Source: Gammaproteobacteria bacterium
GTDB lineage: Bacteria > Pseudomonadota > Gammaproteobacteria > Natronospirales > REEB76
DNA: 64,000 bases
Direction of reading: 5' to 3'
Assembly: GCA_035279405.1 (NCBI GenBank)
Contig: DATEHU010000033.1
Span: forward strand, 76,231 to 140,230
Made by a program: the position numbers and the translations under genes. Below the pieces are notes generated by a model. It was given only the letters and a program-made list of their open reading frames with translations. It did no database searches and had not been told where the DNA came from. Of the stretch, positions 31,329 to 40,507 are shown piece after piece (position 1 is the first letter of the stretch; the number at the start of each line of letters is the position of its first letter).

Positions 31329-32870
31329 ATGAGCAGCAGGCAGCAAGGCATGATTCGCAGTGGCCTCATCATCTCGCTGTTGATCGCCGCGGCGGTCGTG
31401 GTGTTGTTCCTCCTGCCCACGCCGAAACCCGGCTTACCGGCGCACGCGGCGGTTACCGACACCGCCGCCACAACGCCCGCCGACTGCATTAAAACTCCAG
31501 CGGGCTTCAGTTCGCCCGCGGTGCTCGCAGCGAGCGCACCGGAAAGTCTGTGGAAAGGATGGACCTACAGCCACGCAATCGTACTCAGCGCCACGCCGGT
31601 TGCGGCGCTCATGGACCAGTCGGTCACCATCCGCGTGAGCGGACTCAAACCCGGCGAGCCGGTTACCTTGCGCGCCAGCATGCGGGATTACCTGCATCGC
31701 ACCTGGAGCGCCGAAGCGATTTTCTTCGCCGATGACCACGGTGTGGTGGACGTGACGCGCGATGCGCCTAAGTACGGCAGTTATTCCGGTATGCACGCCA
31801 TGGGTCTCGTCTGGTCCATGCTGCCGGAGAACGTGAAGAAGCCGCAGGAGGTCATGTATGACCCTTCGCTGGAGGACGCGAGCTATCCGCTCAGCGTCGA
31901 AGCGCTGGCGGGAAACCGGGTGCTCGCGCAAGCCACGCTCACGCGTTATCTGCGCACACCCGGCGTTACCAAGACTCTGGTCACCGCCGACGGTTTGGAG
32001 GGTGAGCTGTACACGCCCGTCACATCCGGTCCGCATGCCGCAGTGCTGGTACTGGGCGGATCGGAAGGCGGCTGGCTGTCGTCATCGCCGGAAGCCGCAC
32101 TGCTCGCCTCGCACGGTTACACCGCACTGGCGCTCGCCTATTTCCAGGGATTCCAGTCTTTCGATCCGCAGCTTGCCAGCCTGCCGAAAATGTTGATGAA
32201 CATTCCGCTGGAATACTTTGCCAAGGCGGCGGATTTTCTCAAACAACAACCCAACGTGGATCCGAAGCACATCGCCATCATCGGCTGGTCCAAGGGCGCG
32301 GAAGCCGCGCTGATCACGGCCGCGACCTTTCCGAAGGAATTTCAGGCGGTGATCGGATTCATGCCGAGTTCGGTGGTGTGGTCCGGTATTGAATACGGCC
32401 CCGGCCCCATCAGTTCATCCTGGACGCTACACGGCAAAGCTCTGCCCTGGGTCAACCCAGTGATAAATCCCGCCATGTTCAGCAGCGGCCAACCGCTGGC
32501 CTTCGTCGGCGCTTACCAAGCCGGATTGAAAGACGTAGCCGCGGCGGATAAAGCCGTCATTCCGGTGGAAAAAATTGCCGGGCCGGTGCTGTTGATCTCC
32601 GCCACCGACGACCAGATCTGGCCGTCGCCGCTCATGGCGCTCCAGATCATGCAGCGACTCGCTGCACACCATCACGCTTGCGACGATGAATCGCTGTGTT
32701 ATTCCGGCGCTGGTCACGACATTCAGGCAGCCTACCGCCCGACCAATGCCGGCGTCGTAGCCGTACCCGGAGGCAGTTTCGCCTTCGGCGGCAATCCGAC
32801 CGCCTACGCGTACGCTGATCGCGACGCCTGGAACAAAGTGCTGGCATTCCTGCACAAGTCCCTTCATTGA
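31329..32870 (+). CDS. BAAT/acyl-CoA thioesterase family hydrolase with an N-terminal membrane anchor
   Basis: I moved the start to the ATG at 31329 (MSSRQQGMIRSGLIISLLIAAAVVVLFLL). VSGLKPGEPVTLRASMRD...GSYSGMHAMGLVWSMLP parallels the ACOT/BAAT N-terminal domain. The nucleophile elbow is IIGWSKGAEAAL. Confidence 0.8.
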   Translation: MSSRQQGMIRSGLIISLLIAAAVVVLFLLPTPKPGLPAHAAVTDTAATTPADCIKTPAGFSSPAVLAASAPESLWKGWTYSHAIVLSATPVAALMDQSVTIRVSGLKPGEPVTLRASMRDYLHRTWSAEAIFFADDHGVVDVTRDAPKYGSYSGMHAMGLVWSMLPENVKKPQEVMYDPSLEDASYPLSVEALAGNRVLAQATLTRYLRTPGVTKTLVTADGLEGELYTPVTSGPHAAVLVLGGSEGGWLSSSPEAALLASHGYTALALAYFQGFQSFDPQLASLPKMLMNIPLEYFAKAADFLKQQPNVDPKHIAIIGWSKGAEAALITAATFPKEFQAVIGFMPSSVVWSGIEYGPGPISSSWTLHGKALPWVNPVINPAMFSSGQPLAFVGAYQAGLKDVAAADKAVIPVEKIAGPVLLISATDDQIWPSPLMALQIMQRLAAHHHACDDESLCYSGAGHDIQAAYRPTNAGVVAVPGGSFAFGGNPTAYAYADRDAWNKVLAFLHKSLH

Positions 32871-32905
32871 ATCCAGACTCTTTCAACACACACGAGGACA
32901 AAGTC

Positions 32906-33571
32906 ATGTCACATTTCCGCAGCAGATTCAAACTCAGCGGCCTGACGGCCGTTGCAGCAATTCTATTTGCCGGTTCGTTGTCGGCTGCGCCCACCGCGCA
33001 ATTATCCGCACCGGTTGCCAGCGTCGCGCCCGCCGGCACTGTCCTGATCGGTAACTTCGAAGGCAAGACCACAGTGAACAAGCAATACGGCACTCTCGTC
33101 ATCAATCACAGCCCGGAATTCGGCTGGGGCTGGTCGGTGACTACCGATCAGCGGGCCGGCGGCAATTCGGTAGCCGAGATCGCCTTGATTCATCCCGGTG
33201 CTGCCGGTACCAGGGGCGCATTGCAGATAACCGGCGAGATCAAACCGGGCTTTCCCTACGGCCCGTGGGCTGGCGCCATCTGGTTCCCGGGCCACGAACC
33301 CATGCAACCCGCTGACCTCTCAGCCAAGACGGAACTGACGTTCTGGGCGCGCGGCAAGGCCGGGAGCTACAACCTCATGCTGATGTCGGGCAGCCCCGGC
33401 GACATCCCGTTGTATGCTTCGTTCGTGACCACGCCCAAATGGAAGGAATACCATATTCCCCTGGCGGCCTCCTTCCCCAATGCCGACTGGAAGCAGGTGT
33501 ATTTCCTCGCTTTCAGCGCCGCCAATCAGGGAAAGTTTCAGTTCGATCTTGATCAAGTGAGTTTGCACTAA
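32906..33571 (+). CDS. secreted protein of unknown function (possibly a CIA30/CBM11-like beta-sandwich)
   Basis: I moved the start to the ATG at 32906 (MSHFRSRFKLSGLTAVAAILFAGSLSAAP signal peptide). The fold guess rests only on ...DQRAGGNSVAEI... and overall beta-rich composition. Confidence 0.55.
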   Translation: MSHFRSRFKLSGLTAVAAILFAGSLSAAPTAQLSAPVASVAPAGTVLIGNFEGKTTVNKQYGTLVINHSPEFGWGWSVTTDQRAGGNSVAEIALIHPGAAGTRGALQITGEIKPGFPYGPWAGAIWFPGHEPMQPADLSAKTELTFWARGKAGSYNLMLMSGSPGDIPLYASFVTTPKWKEYHIPLAASFPNADWKQVYFLAFSAANQGKFQFDLDQVSLH

Positions 33572-33575
33572 GCAC

Positions 33576-34748
33576 ATGCATGCACAAGGCGAGAAAATCT
33601 GGCAGCCGGTAGTGAGGCCGTTTCTCTGGCTTCACCACCGGCTGCTGCCGGGCAATACGCAATTCGGATGGACGCCCTATCTGTGGCTGCCCTACCTCAC
33701 TTTTTTCTTTCTCAACTATACAAACAAACCGTTTGGCGCCCTGCGCTGGACTCTATATGCGGTCGCGGGCCTGGTGTTCATCGCGCTGTATTTCCGCGGC
33801 TACCATGCCGCCAACCGCCGCGCCACACGCGAACTCGGCTGGATCATCACCGTCATCACCCTGCTCGGCTGCGGCTTCATGTGGCCGAACGCCAACGGTC
33901 TGGTGTTTTTCATTTATGCCGCCGCATTATGCGGCAGTCTCGATACCGTCAAGAACGGAGTGTGGGCGCTGCTGCTGATCATCGTCGCGTGTTTCAGCAG
34001 CGCGTTATTGGCAAACGTCAATCTCATGGTTTTGAGTTACATTCTGTTTTTCGTAATTGTCCTTGGCCTGGCCAATCTTTATTTCGGCGAGATGGGCCGC
34101 AAGAACCGCGCGCTCAAGCTGTCGCAGGACGAGATCCGCAAGCTCGCCGCCAGTGCCGAGCGCGAGCGCATCGCGCGCGACCTGCACGACCTCCTGGGCC
34201 ACACGCTCACGCTCGTGACCGTCAAGGCAGAACTCGCGGCCAAGCTTGCGGAGCGCGATCTCGCGGGCGCAGCGCGTGAAATCCGCGACGTGGAGCGCAT
34301 CTCGCGCGAGGCGCTCGCCCAGGTGCGCGAGGCGGTGGGCGGCTATCGCAGCAGCGGTCTGGTCGGCGAACTCGTCAATGCGCGCGTGGCGCTCACCGCC
34401 GCCAACGTCAGGCTGGCGGAAAGAGTGGAGCCGCCGAAATTGTCTCCCGCACAGGACTCGGTGCTCGCCATGGTGCTGCGCGAAGCCGTGACCAACGTGA
34501 TCCGTCATTCCGGCGCGCACCACTGCCGCATTGAACTCGAAAACCGCGACCGGGAACTGTGCCTGCTGATCGAGGACGACGGCCGCGGCGGCACCCTGCA
34601 CGAGGGCCACGGCCTCAAAGGCATGCGCGAGCGCCTGCAGACGGAGGCTGGCCGGCTGGAAATCGACTCCGGCCATGGCGGCACGCGCCTCACCGTGCTG
34701 TTGCCCACGCATCCCTCTGCTCCGGAAAGCGGACCGGTGATGGCCTGA
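33576..34748 (+). CDS. sensor histidine kinase, HisKA_3 (DesK/NarX-like) family
   Basis: The N-terminal half is polytopic. The H-box is ERERIARDLHDLLGHTLTLV. The HATPase_c region includes ...DDGRGG...GHGLKGMRERL. Confidence 0.85.
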   Translation: MHAQGEKIWQPVVRPFLWLHHRLLPGNTQFGWTPYLWLPYLTFFFLNYTNKPFGALRWTLYAVAGLVFIALYFRGYHAANRRATRELGWIITVITLLGCGFMWPNANGLVFFIYAAALCGSLDTVKNGVWALLLIIVACFSSALLANVNLMVLSYILFFVIVLGLANLYFGEMGRKNRALKLSQDEIRKLAASAERERIARDLHDLLGHTLTLVTVKAELAAKLAERDLAGAAREIRDVERISREALAQVREAVGGYRSSGLVGELVNARVALTAANVRLAERVEPPKLSPAQDSVLAMVLREAVTNVIRHSGAHHCRIELENRDRELCLLIEDDGRGGTLHEGHGLKGMRERLQTEAGRLEIDSGHGGTRLTVLLPTHPSAPESGPVMA

Positions 34749-34750
34749 GC

Positions 34751-35353
34751 ATGATCAAGGTGCTCGTCGCCGAAGACCAGGGCATGATCCTGGGCGCACT
34801 CGCCGCGATGCTGGACCTCGAAGAGGACATTTCGGTGGTGGCGCGCGCCGCCAACGGCAAGGAGGCACTCAAACTCGCGGCGGAATTCAATCCGGACGTC
34901 GCGGTCACCGACATCGAGATGCCGGGCATGACCGGTCTGGAATTCGCCGCGGCGTTGCAGGCACACCAGCATGCCGCCAAAGTCATCATCGTGACCACAT
35001 TTGCGCGGCCGGGTTATCTGCGCCGCGCGCTCGACGCGGGCGTCAAGGGCTATCTGCTGAAGGACGCACCGGCGGAACAACTGGCGAATGCCATCCGCAA
35101 GGTACATGACGGCGGCAAGGTAATCGCGCCGGAACTCGCCACGGAAGCGTGGGAAAGCGCGGATCCGCTCAACGACCGCGAGCGTCAGGTGCTGCGCCTC
35201 GCCGGCGAGGGCCTGGCAAGCGCGGACATTGCCAAGCAGTTATTTCTCTCCGAAGGCACGGTGCGCAACTATCTTTCCGAAGCCATCGGCAAACTTGGTG
35301 CCGCCAATCGCATCGAAGCCGCGCGCATCGCACGTCAGAAAGGTTGGCTTTAG
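34751..35353 (+). CDS. response regulator, NarL/LuxR family
   Basis: I moved the start to the ATG at 34751 (MIKVLVAEDQGMILGAL...VAVTDIEMPGMTGLE). The C-terminal HTH is LNDRERQVLRLAGEGLASADIAKQLFLSEGTVRNYLSEAIGKLG. Confidence 0.92.
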   Translation: MIKVLVAEDQGMILGALAAMLDLEEDISVVARAANGKEALKLAAEFNPDVAVTDIEMPGMTGLEFAAALQAHQHAAKVIIVTTFARPGYLRRALDAGVKGYLLKDAPAEQLANAIRKVHDGGKVIAPELATEAWESADPLNDRERQVLRLAGEGLASADIAKQLFLSEGTVRNYLSEAIGKLGAANRIEAARIARQKGWL

Positions 35354-35396
35354 GCGAAAACACGCCGCCGGCCATCGGCATGCAGGGATTTTCGGC

Positions 35397-35996
35397 TTAG
35401 TGCAGCGGGTGGATCTGCGGAGAACTATCCAGCAGCGGGCGCGCCATGTCCCTGCGCACCGAGATTACGTCCGGAAGTTTCGCAACCTGTGCCGCTTCGG
35501 CAGCAGTGAGCTTCACCGTCATGCCGTTCATGGCGTAGAAATACACAAAAGCCGGCGTCACCGTGCACCCCAGCGCAGCGTCCAAGCTGGCCAGGAATTT
35601 TTCCTGCTGCGCCTTGAGATAGGCGAGATACGCACGGCTGGCCGGACTGTTCAGATCAAGAGATCGCGCACCCGTAACCGCAGGGTTTGTGGCCGCCAAG
35701 CCCGGCAGGTCACCCGCGTAGCTCGCCAGAGGCGCGGCGCTGAGCTGCACGATGTACGGCTGCGCAGCGGTCGCATCCGCCACTCCGGCATTTGAAGCGC
35801 GTGCGCTCGCCCCGATCACCGGGGCAATCTTCAGGGTTTTCTGCGGCGTACTGCTGCATGCACCCAGCAGCAAAGCGCACATCAGCATCATTGCCACAAT
35901 CAGTACACTGATCAAGAAACGCACGCTACGCTCCAAGGCCGCAAGTGGGCCGCGAAACATGTGCACACTTGTCATTCGGGTACGCGCGTAGCGCAA
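35397..35996 (-). CDS. lipoprotein consisting of a stand-alone subtilisin-propeptide (inhibitor I9-like) domain
   Basis: Lipobox LLLGAC. The remainder (YIVQLSAAPLASY...FYAMNGMTVKLTAAEAAQVAKLPDVISVRRD) aligns by eye with the propeptide of the adjacent subtilase (YIVQFNVLPAAIY...HYALNGMAVRLTAAQVAQLRSLPNVKSIQPD). Confidence 0.7.
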   Translation of the reverse strand: MRYARTRMTSVHMFRGPLAALERSVRFLISVLIVAMMLMCALLLGACSSTPQKTLKIAPVIGASARASNAGVADATAAQPYIVQLSAAPLASYAGDLPGLAATNPAVTGARSLDLNSPASRAYLAYLKAQQEKFLASLDAALGCTVTPAFVYFYAMNGMTVKLTAAEAAQVAKLPDVISVRRDMARPLLDSSPQIHPLH

Positions 35997-36052
35997 TCAC
36001 GGAAGCGCCGGTTTTCGACCACTCCGCTTGCACGCTTCCTGCGTACATTGCA

Positions 36053-39000
36053 TTACGCGCACTTCCGGCGGCGCAGCACCGTCACACCCAGACCCAGCGC
36101 CAGCAATCCCAGCAGACCGAGGCCGCCGCCACCGCCGCTGGAGGGTGACTGCACGCTGAAGCTCACACTGCCGAACGTACCGCCACCGGGCGGGGGTATG
36201 GTCACGGACACCGCATAGGTTCCGGCGTTGGCAATCGCCGATGCCGGCACGGTTGCGGTTAATTGCGTGGACGACACAAAGGTCGCGGTAAGCGGCGTGC
36301 CGTTGAAATTGACCATGGCTCCGTTCACGAAGTTGGTGCCGTTCACGGTCAATTTGAACGCGCCTCCACCTGCGGTGGCGCTGGTGGGTGAAATGTTCGT
36401 GACTGTCGGCTCGGCCGCCACGTTCTCGGTTACCGGCACCACGATGAACGGTGTGTTCGGGTCATTGCCAAGCACGCACAACACGCCGCCGATGCTGCCC
36501 GCGGCCAGCGCAGCCGGATTGAACTGCACGGTCACCGTGCCGGTGGAATTCGGCTGGACGGCGCCGCTCGTGGCGCTGAGGCTCAGGCCGGGAATGGCGC
36601 TCACCGCGCTGCCCGAGCAGTTGAGCGTACCCATGAGTTCGAACGCCAGCGACATGCTGCCGGTGGCATTCTTGTCCACATTGGTATTCGGACCCAGCAA
36701 GGCCCAGTTTGCGATTCCCGGCGATCCCGCCGCCTGCCCAAACAGATTACCCGGGTCAATGAGCGAACCGCTGCCGCCGCCGGGCGCCGATTCGAACCAG
36801 TACCAGGCTTCGTTCGTGCAGCCGCTCCCGGACTTGAAGGCGCAGCTGTCATTGAAGGTGGGAACCACCAGCAGCCAGTACTTGCCCGCGGACAGATTGA
36901 GGGCCGGCGCCCCGGCTGTGCCGAGATCAAGATCGATGTTGCTGAATTGGGTATCCGTGGTCACACCCGGCGCGGTGGGTGCCGCCGTAAAACTCCACAG
37001 ATAGTCATTCTTGCCGTCTTCCGGATTGCCCGCCGGCTCGCCGTTGGCGTCGGCATACACATACCAGGAGATTTGCGTGGCATCCGCTGCGGCGCCGGCC
37101 GCTGTCGAACTTTGTGCAAAGCCCTCGGCGTTCACACCGGTAATGCTGCCCGCCACCGGCATGCTGAAGGTATCAGCGCTGTAAAGGCCGTGACCGTCAC
37201 TGGTGAAGTAGGACGAGGGGACGCCATTGTCGCTGCTGTCGGAAGGCCGGTTTACGATGGGCACGGGACTGCTGGCGCGCGGTACGCTGCCAGTGCCGGC
37301 ATCAGCCATGAGCGGGTTCGCCGCGCTGCCGGCCGGGCTGGCGACGCTGTCGAGTGTCCAATTGAGCACGCCGGGGCCGGTGTTCTGGATGGTCAGCGCC
37401 TGAGTCTGGGTGCTGCCGCCGGCGGTCAGCGCCTGCGTGAATGAACCGGGCGACACGCCCATCTTCGGCTGTGGCACGGCATTGAAGACCGCCACCGGGA
37501 AATGTTGCGTCGGCGCGGCGCTGCCGTCGGGCTCTGTGCTGCTGGTGGTGAAATCCACGCGCCCGAAGACCCATTGATTGACGGTCAATCCGCCCATCGA
37601 AGCCGTGAATGTCAGCACCTCGGTGGCGCCCGGATTCAGGGTGAATGAGGTCGGACTCACGGTCAGCCACGGCACGGTTGACGTCACGGTGTAATTGAGC
37701 CCCACCGTTTGCACCGAGGTCAGAGTGCGCGTCCAACTGCAGCTCGCCTGGCAGTTGGCGTTGCCGAGGCTCGGCAGATTGATCCCGGTGGGATCGCCGC
37801 CGCTGTCCGGATTCTCGGCGTCGAAATTCGCCTTGGTTACCTCCAGCACGAAGCCGGCACGCGCCGCCACGTTCACCTGAATGCGGCCCGCACCCGCGCT
37901 CTGCGGCGTCGGCGGTTCCGGTTCCGTGACCGTGCAGGAGTTGGCCGTCGCGTTGGCGGCATCGCATTGATCGTGCAGGTTTGCATCCGGCACTGCCGTG
38001 GTCATGAGCGCCGACTTGATGGCCATGGGATCCCAGCTGGAATGCAATTCCATCAGCAGTGCGCCCGCGCCCGTGCTGTGCGGCGTGGCCATGGACGTGC
38101 CATCGAGGAAACCGAAAGTTTCCTGCTGATTGTCCGGACAGGTGGAAGGCGTGACGGTGTAACAGGGATCCGCCAAGGCGCCCAGGATGCTTACACCCGG
38201 CGTCACCACGTCCGGCTTGATCAGGCTGTCAAACGCATTCGGCGTTGCGGGATAGGTGCCCACGGGTCCGCGCGAGCTGAAGCCGGCCACGAAGTCCGCG
38301 GCCGATGTATTGCCGCTGCTGTAGGTGGCGCCGGAGAGTTGTGCCGTCAATGTCGCGCTACCGCTGCCCGTGATCCAGTTGCGCAGCGTGTTTCCGTCCG
38401 TGATATCAATCAGCGTGCCGGGAATATCGTATTGCTCGGCGACCATGAGACTACTGCTGGCGGGGGTGGTGGCAATTACCACAGCGCCCGCGCCGCCCTG
38501 CTTGGCGTCGTCCGCCTTGTCCACCAGCGCAATCGCGCCGCGATCGCAGAGCACGATGACCCCAGCGGGCAATGCCGGCGTGGTAAAGGTCTGGCCCGCG
38601 GGCACGGCGAAGGGATACAGACACTGCGCGGCATCGGTTTGCGCGTTGCCTGAGGGTTGCACGTAGGCCTGGCCCGACTGCGAATACTTCTGGCTCGCGT
38701 AGTTCGCCGTCAACCAGGCGTAATACTGCGTGCTGTACGTATAGGCGCTGTTTCCGGCATACACGATGGGCGCCGGACCAAAACCGCCGGTCGCGCCCTG
38801 ACCGCTGAGGGTGCCGGTCGGCGTTCCCGTGCCGCCGCTGAAATTCTCCAGATTGTTCGGACCGAACTGCCCGTCATGGGTACCGGCGGCCACGGTCATG
38901 ACCCAGGGTCCCAGGTGCTGCACCGCATACTGGCTGCCTGGCGTCTGGCTGTTCGGCGGGTTGGCGGGTCCGCCATTGCCGGCGGCGGCGGACACGAAGA

Positions 39001-40189
39001 TGCCCGCCTGCTCGGCCGCTTCAAAAGCCTGCTCCACCGGATCGTTGTAGGGATCGTCGCTGCCGCCGATGGAATAATTGATGACCATGCCCTTGAAGCC
39101 GGTGGGATCGGCGGTTTTCAGCGCGCTCAAATCCTGGATCGCCTGATCCACGGCGGCGATACTGGCTGATTCGCTGCACTGATCCTTGGGATCGCAGACG
39201 TCGTACGCGATGATATTCGCGTGGGGTGCGACACCCGAGAAATTGAAGCCGATGCCGGCTACCGTAGCGGTGGTGAAATTGCCCGCGGCAATGCTTGCCG
39301 TGTGCGAGCCGTGGCCCTCGGAATCTCGCGGCGAGTTTGCGTCGTTGCCCGTGCTCAGGGTGTACGTGTAGGCGCCGATTAATTTGGAATTGCAGGGGAA
39401 ACTCGCCTGATAGGTATCCGGCTGCCCGGCCGCGGTATTGGCCGGATTGCATACGCCCAGATAGCTGCTGGCGCCCAGCGGATTGGCAATCGTGTAGCCG
39501 TCCGCGCCGGCGGCGGCAAACGAGGAATTGGCCGCGTTAATGCCGGTGTCCAGGTCCGCAACCACCACGCCTTCGCCTTCGTTGTCACTGCCGCTGCCGG
39601 TGTTGAAAGTGGGCAGGGCCCAGAGCTGCGCCGAACCGATCCAACTGCGGCTCGGAAACGTATCGGTCGCGGTCGCGGGAATCGGCACGCTCACCGGCCG
39701 GAAAGACCGGTCGGGCTGAATGGATTTCACGTTGGGGAGACTGCGCAATTGCGCCACTTGCGCGGCGGTCAAGCGCACGGCCATGCCGTTCAGGGCATAG
39801 TGATAGTCAAAACGCGGGCGCAGCGGGCGCTGCACAATGCTGGCGGCACGGGTCAGAAACTGCGCGTGCTGCGTGGCCATTGCGCGCACATAGGCCTGGA
39901 TGGTCGGAGCGCGCACATCCAGGTAACGTTGGCCGCGGCTCTCGGTGCTGTGGGTCTCAACCCCGGCGCCGCGCGCATAGATCGCCGCCGGCAGGACATT
40001 GAATTGCACGATGTAACTTTGCATGCCGTCGGCACGGACCGCGGCGGCAACCTTGTCGGCGGCCGGCCTGAATATCTTTTGTGCCACGCCGATGCTGAGC
40101 TGCAAACCGCCCGCCGCCACCGCGGCAGCGGCCAGGACCAATACGGCGACCCCCACCAATCCCCGGAAATGTGCGAGATGCAGTTTCAT
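36053..40189 (-). CDS. S8 family serine peptidase (subtilase) with I9 propeptide, PA-like insert, multiple Ig/IPT-like domains and a GlyGly-CTERM-like tail
   Basis: I moved the start to the ATG at 40189 (MKLHLAHFRGLVGVAVLVLAAAAVAA signal). Catalytic Asp in VVVADLDTGI, His in HGSHTASIAAG, Ser in DGTSMATPH. The C-terminus is ...SSGGGGGLGLLGLLALGLGVTVLRRRKCA. Confidence 0.9.
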   Translation of the reverse strand: MKLHLAHFRGLVGVAVLVLAAAAVAAGGLQLSIGVAQKIFRPAADKVAAAVRADGMQSYIVQFNVLPAAIYARGAGVETHSTESRGQRYLDVRAPTIQAYVRAMATQHAQFLTRAASIVQRPLRPRFDYHYALNGMAVRLTAAQVAQLRSLPNVKSIQPDRSFRPVSVPIPATATDTFPSRSWIGSAQLWALPTFNTGSGSDNEGEGVVVADLDTGINAANSSFAAAGADGYTIANPLGASSYLGVCNPANTAAGQPDTYQASFPCNSKLIGAYTYTLSTGNDANSPRDSEGHGSHTASIAAGNFTTATVAGIGFNFSGVAPHANIIAYDVCDPKDQCSESASIAAVDQAIQDLSALKTADPTGFKGMVINYSIGGSDDPYNDPVEQAFEAAEQAGIFVSAAAGNGGPANPPNSQTPGSQYAVQHLGPWVMTVAAGTHDGQFGPNNLENFSGGTGTPTGTLSGQGATGGFGPAPIVYAGNSAYTYSTQYYAWLTANYASQKYSQSGQAYVQPSGNAQTDAAQCLYPFAVPAGQTFTTPALPAGVIVLCDRGAIALVDKADDAKQGGAGAVVIATTPASSSLMVAEQYDIPGTLIDITDGNTLRNWITGSGSATLTAQLSGATYSSGNTSAADFVAGFSSRGPVGTYPATPNAFDSLIKPDVVTPGVSILGALADPCYTVTPSTCPDNQQETFGFLDGTSMATPHSTGAGALLMELHSSWDPMAIKSALMTTAVPDANLHDQCDAANATANSCTVTEPEPPTPQSAGAGRIQVNVAARAGFVLEVTKANFDAENPDSGGDPTGINLPSLGNANCQASCSWTRTLTSVQTVGLNYTVTSTVPWLTVSPTSFTLNPGATEVLTFTASMGGLTVNQWVFGRVDFTTSSTEPDGSAAPTQHFPVAVFNAVPQPKMGVSPGSFTQALTAGGSTQTQALTIQNTGPGVLNWTLDSVASPAGSAANPLMADAGTGSVPRASSPVPIVNRPSDSSDNGVPSSYFTSDGHGLYSADTFSMPVAGSITGVNAEGFAQSSTAAGAAADATQISWYVYADANGEPAGNPEDGKNDYLWSFTAAPTAPGVTTDTQFSNIDLDLGTAGAPALNLSAGKYWLLVVPTFNDSCAFKSGSGCTNEAWYWFESAPGGGSGSLIDPGNLFGQAAGSPGIANWALLGPNTNVDKNATGSMSLAFELMGTLNCSGSAVSAIPGLSLSATSGAVQPNSTGTVTVQFNPAALAAGSIGGVLCVLGNDPNTPFIVVPVTENVAAEPTVTNISPTSATAGGGAFKLTVNGTNFVNGAMVNFNGTPLTATFVSSTQLTATVPASAIANAGTYAVSVTIPPPGGGTFGSVSFSVQSPSSGGGGGLGLLGLLALGLGVTVLRRRKCA

Positions 40190-40507
40190 CGGCGTGCCCC
40201 TCGAAAGCTGAAACGAACCAAACCACGTGCGGTTAACCGGCAAAGACGCAAGCGCGTTGAAATGATCGGCAGAATCCCCTCAAGTTCCCTTTGAGATGGT
40301 TCGTTTCTAGCACAGCGTCCGCGTGCAAGTCAAAATCACGGCGCACGGCCCCGATGGAGAACCGGTCATGCAGATATTCTCCGGCGGCCAGCCGCAGCAC
40401 GCAGTTACTTGATTCCTGTCGTGCACGGCACACAATGCTCAGGTTGGCGGTGGAGTGCCCGAGGCGCATACTGCGCGTCCATGATCGTTCCACCGTCGAG
40501 GTGCGTG

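Noticed and set aside
36053-36160. Subtilase C-terminal tail considered as PEP-CTERM (exosortase) or LPXTG (sortase)
   Set aside because: There is no PEP or LPXTG motif upstream of the hydrophobic helix. The Gly-run, helix and RRRK layout fits GlyGly-CTERM better.
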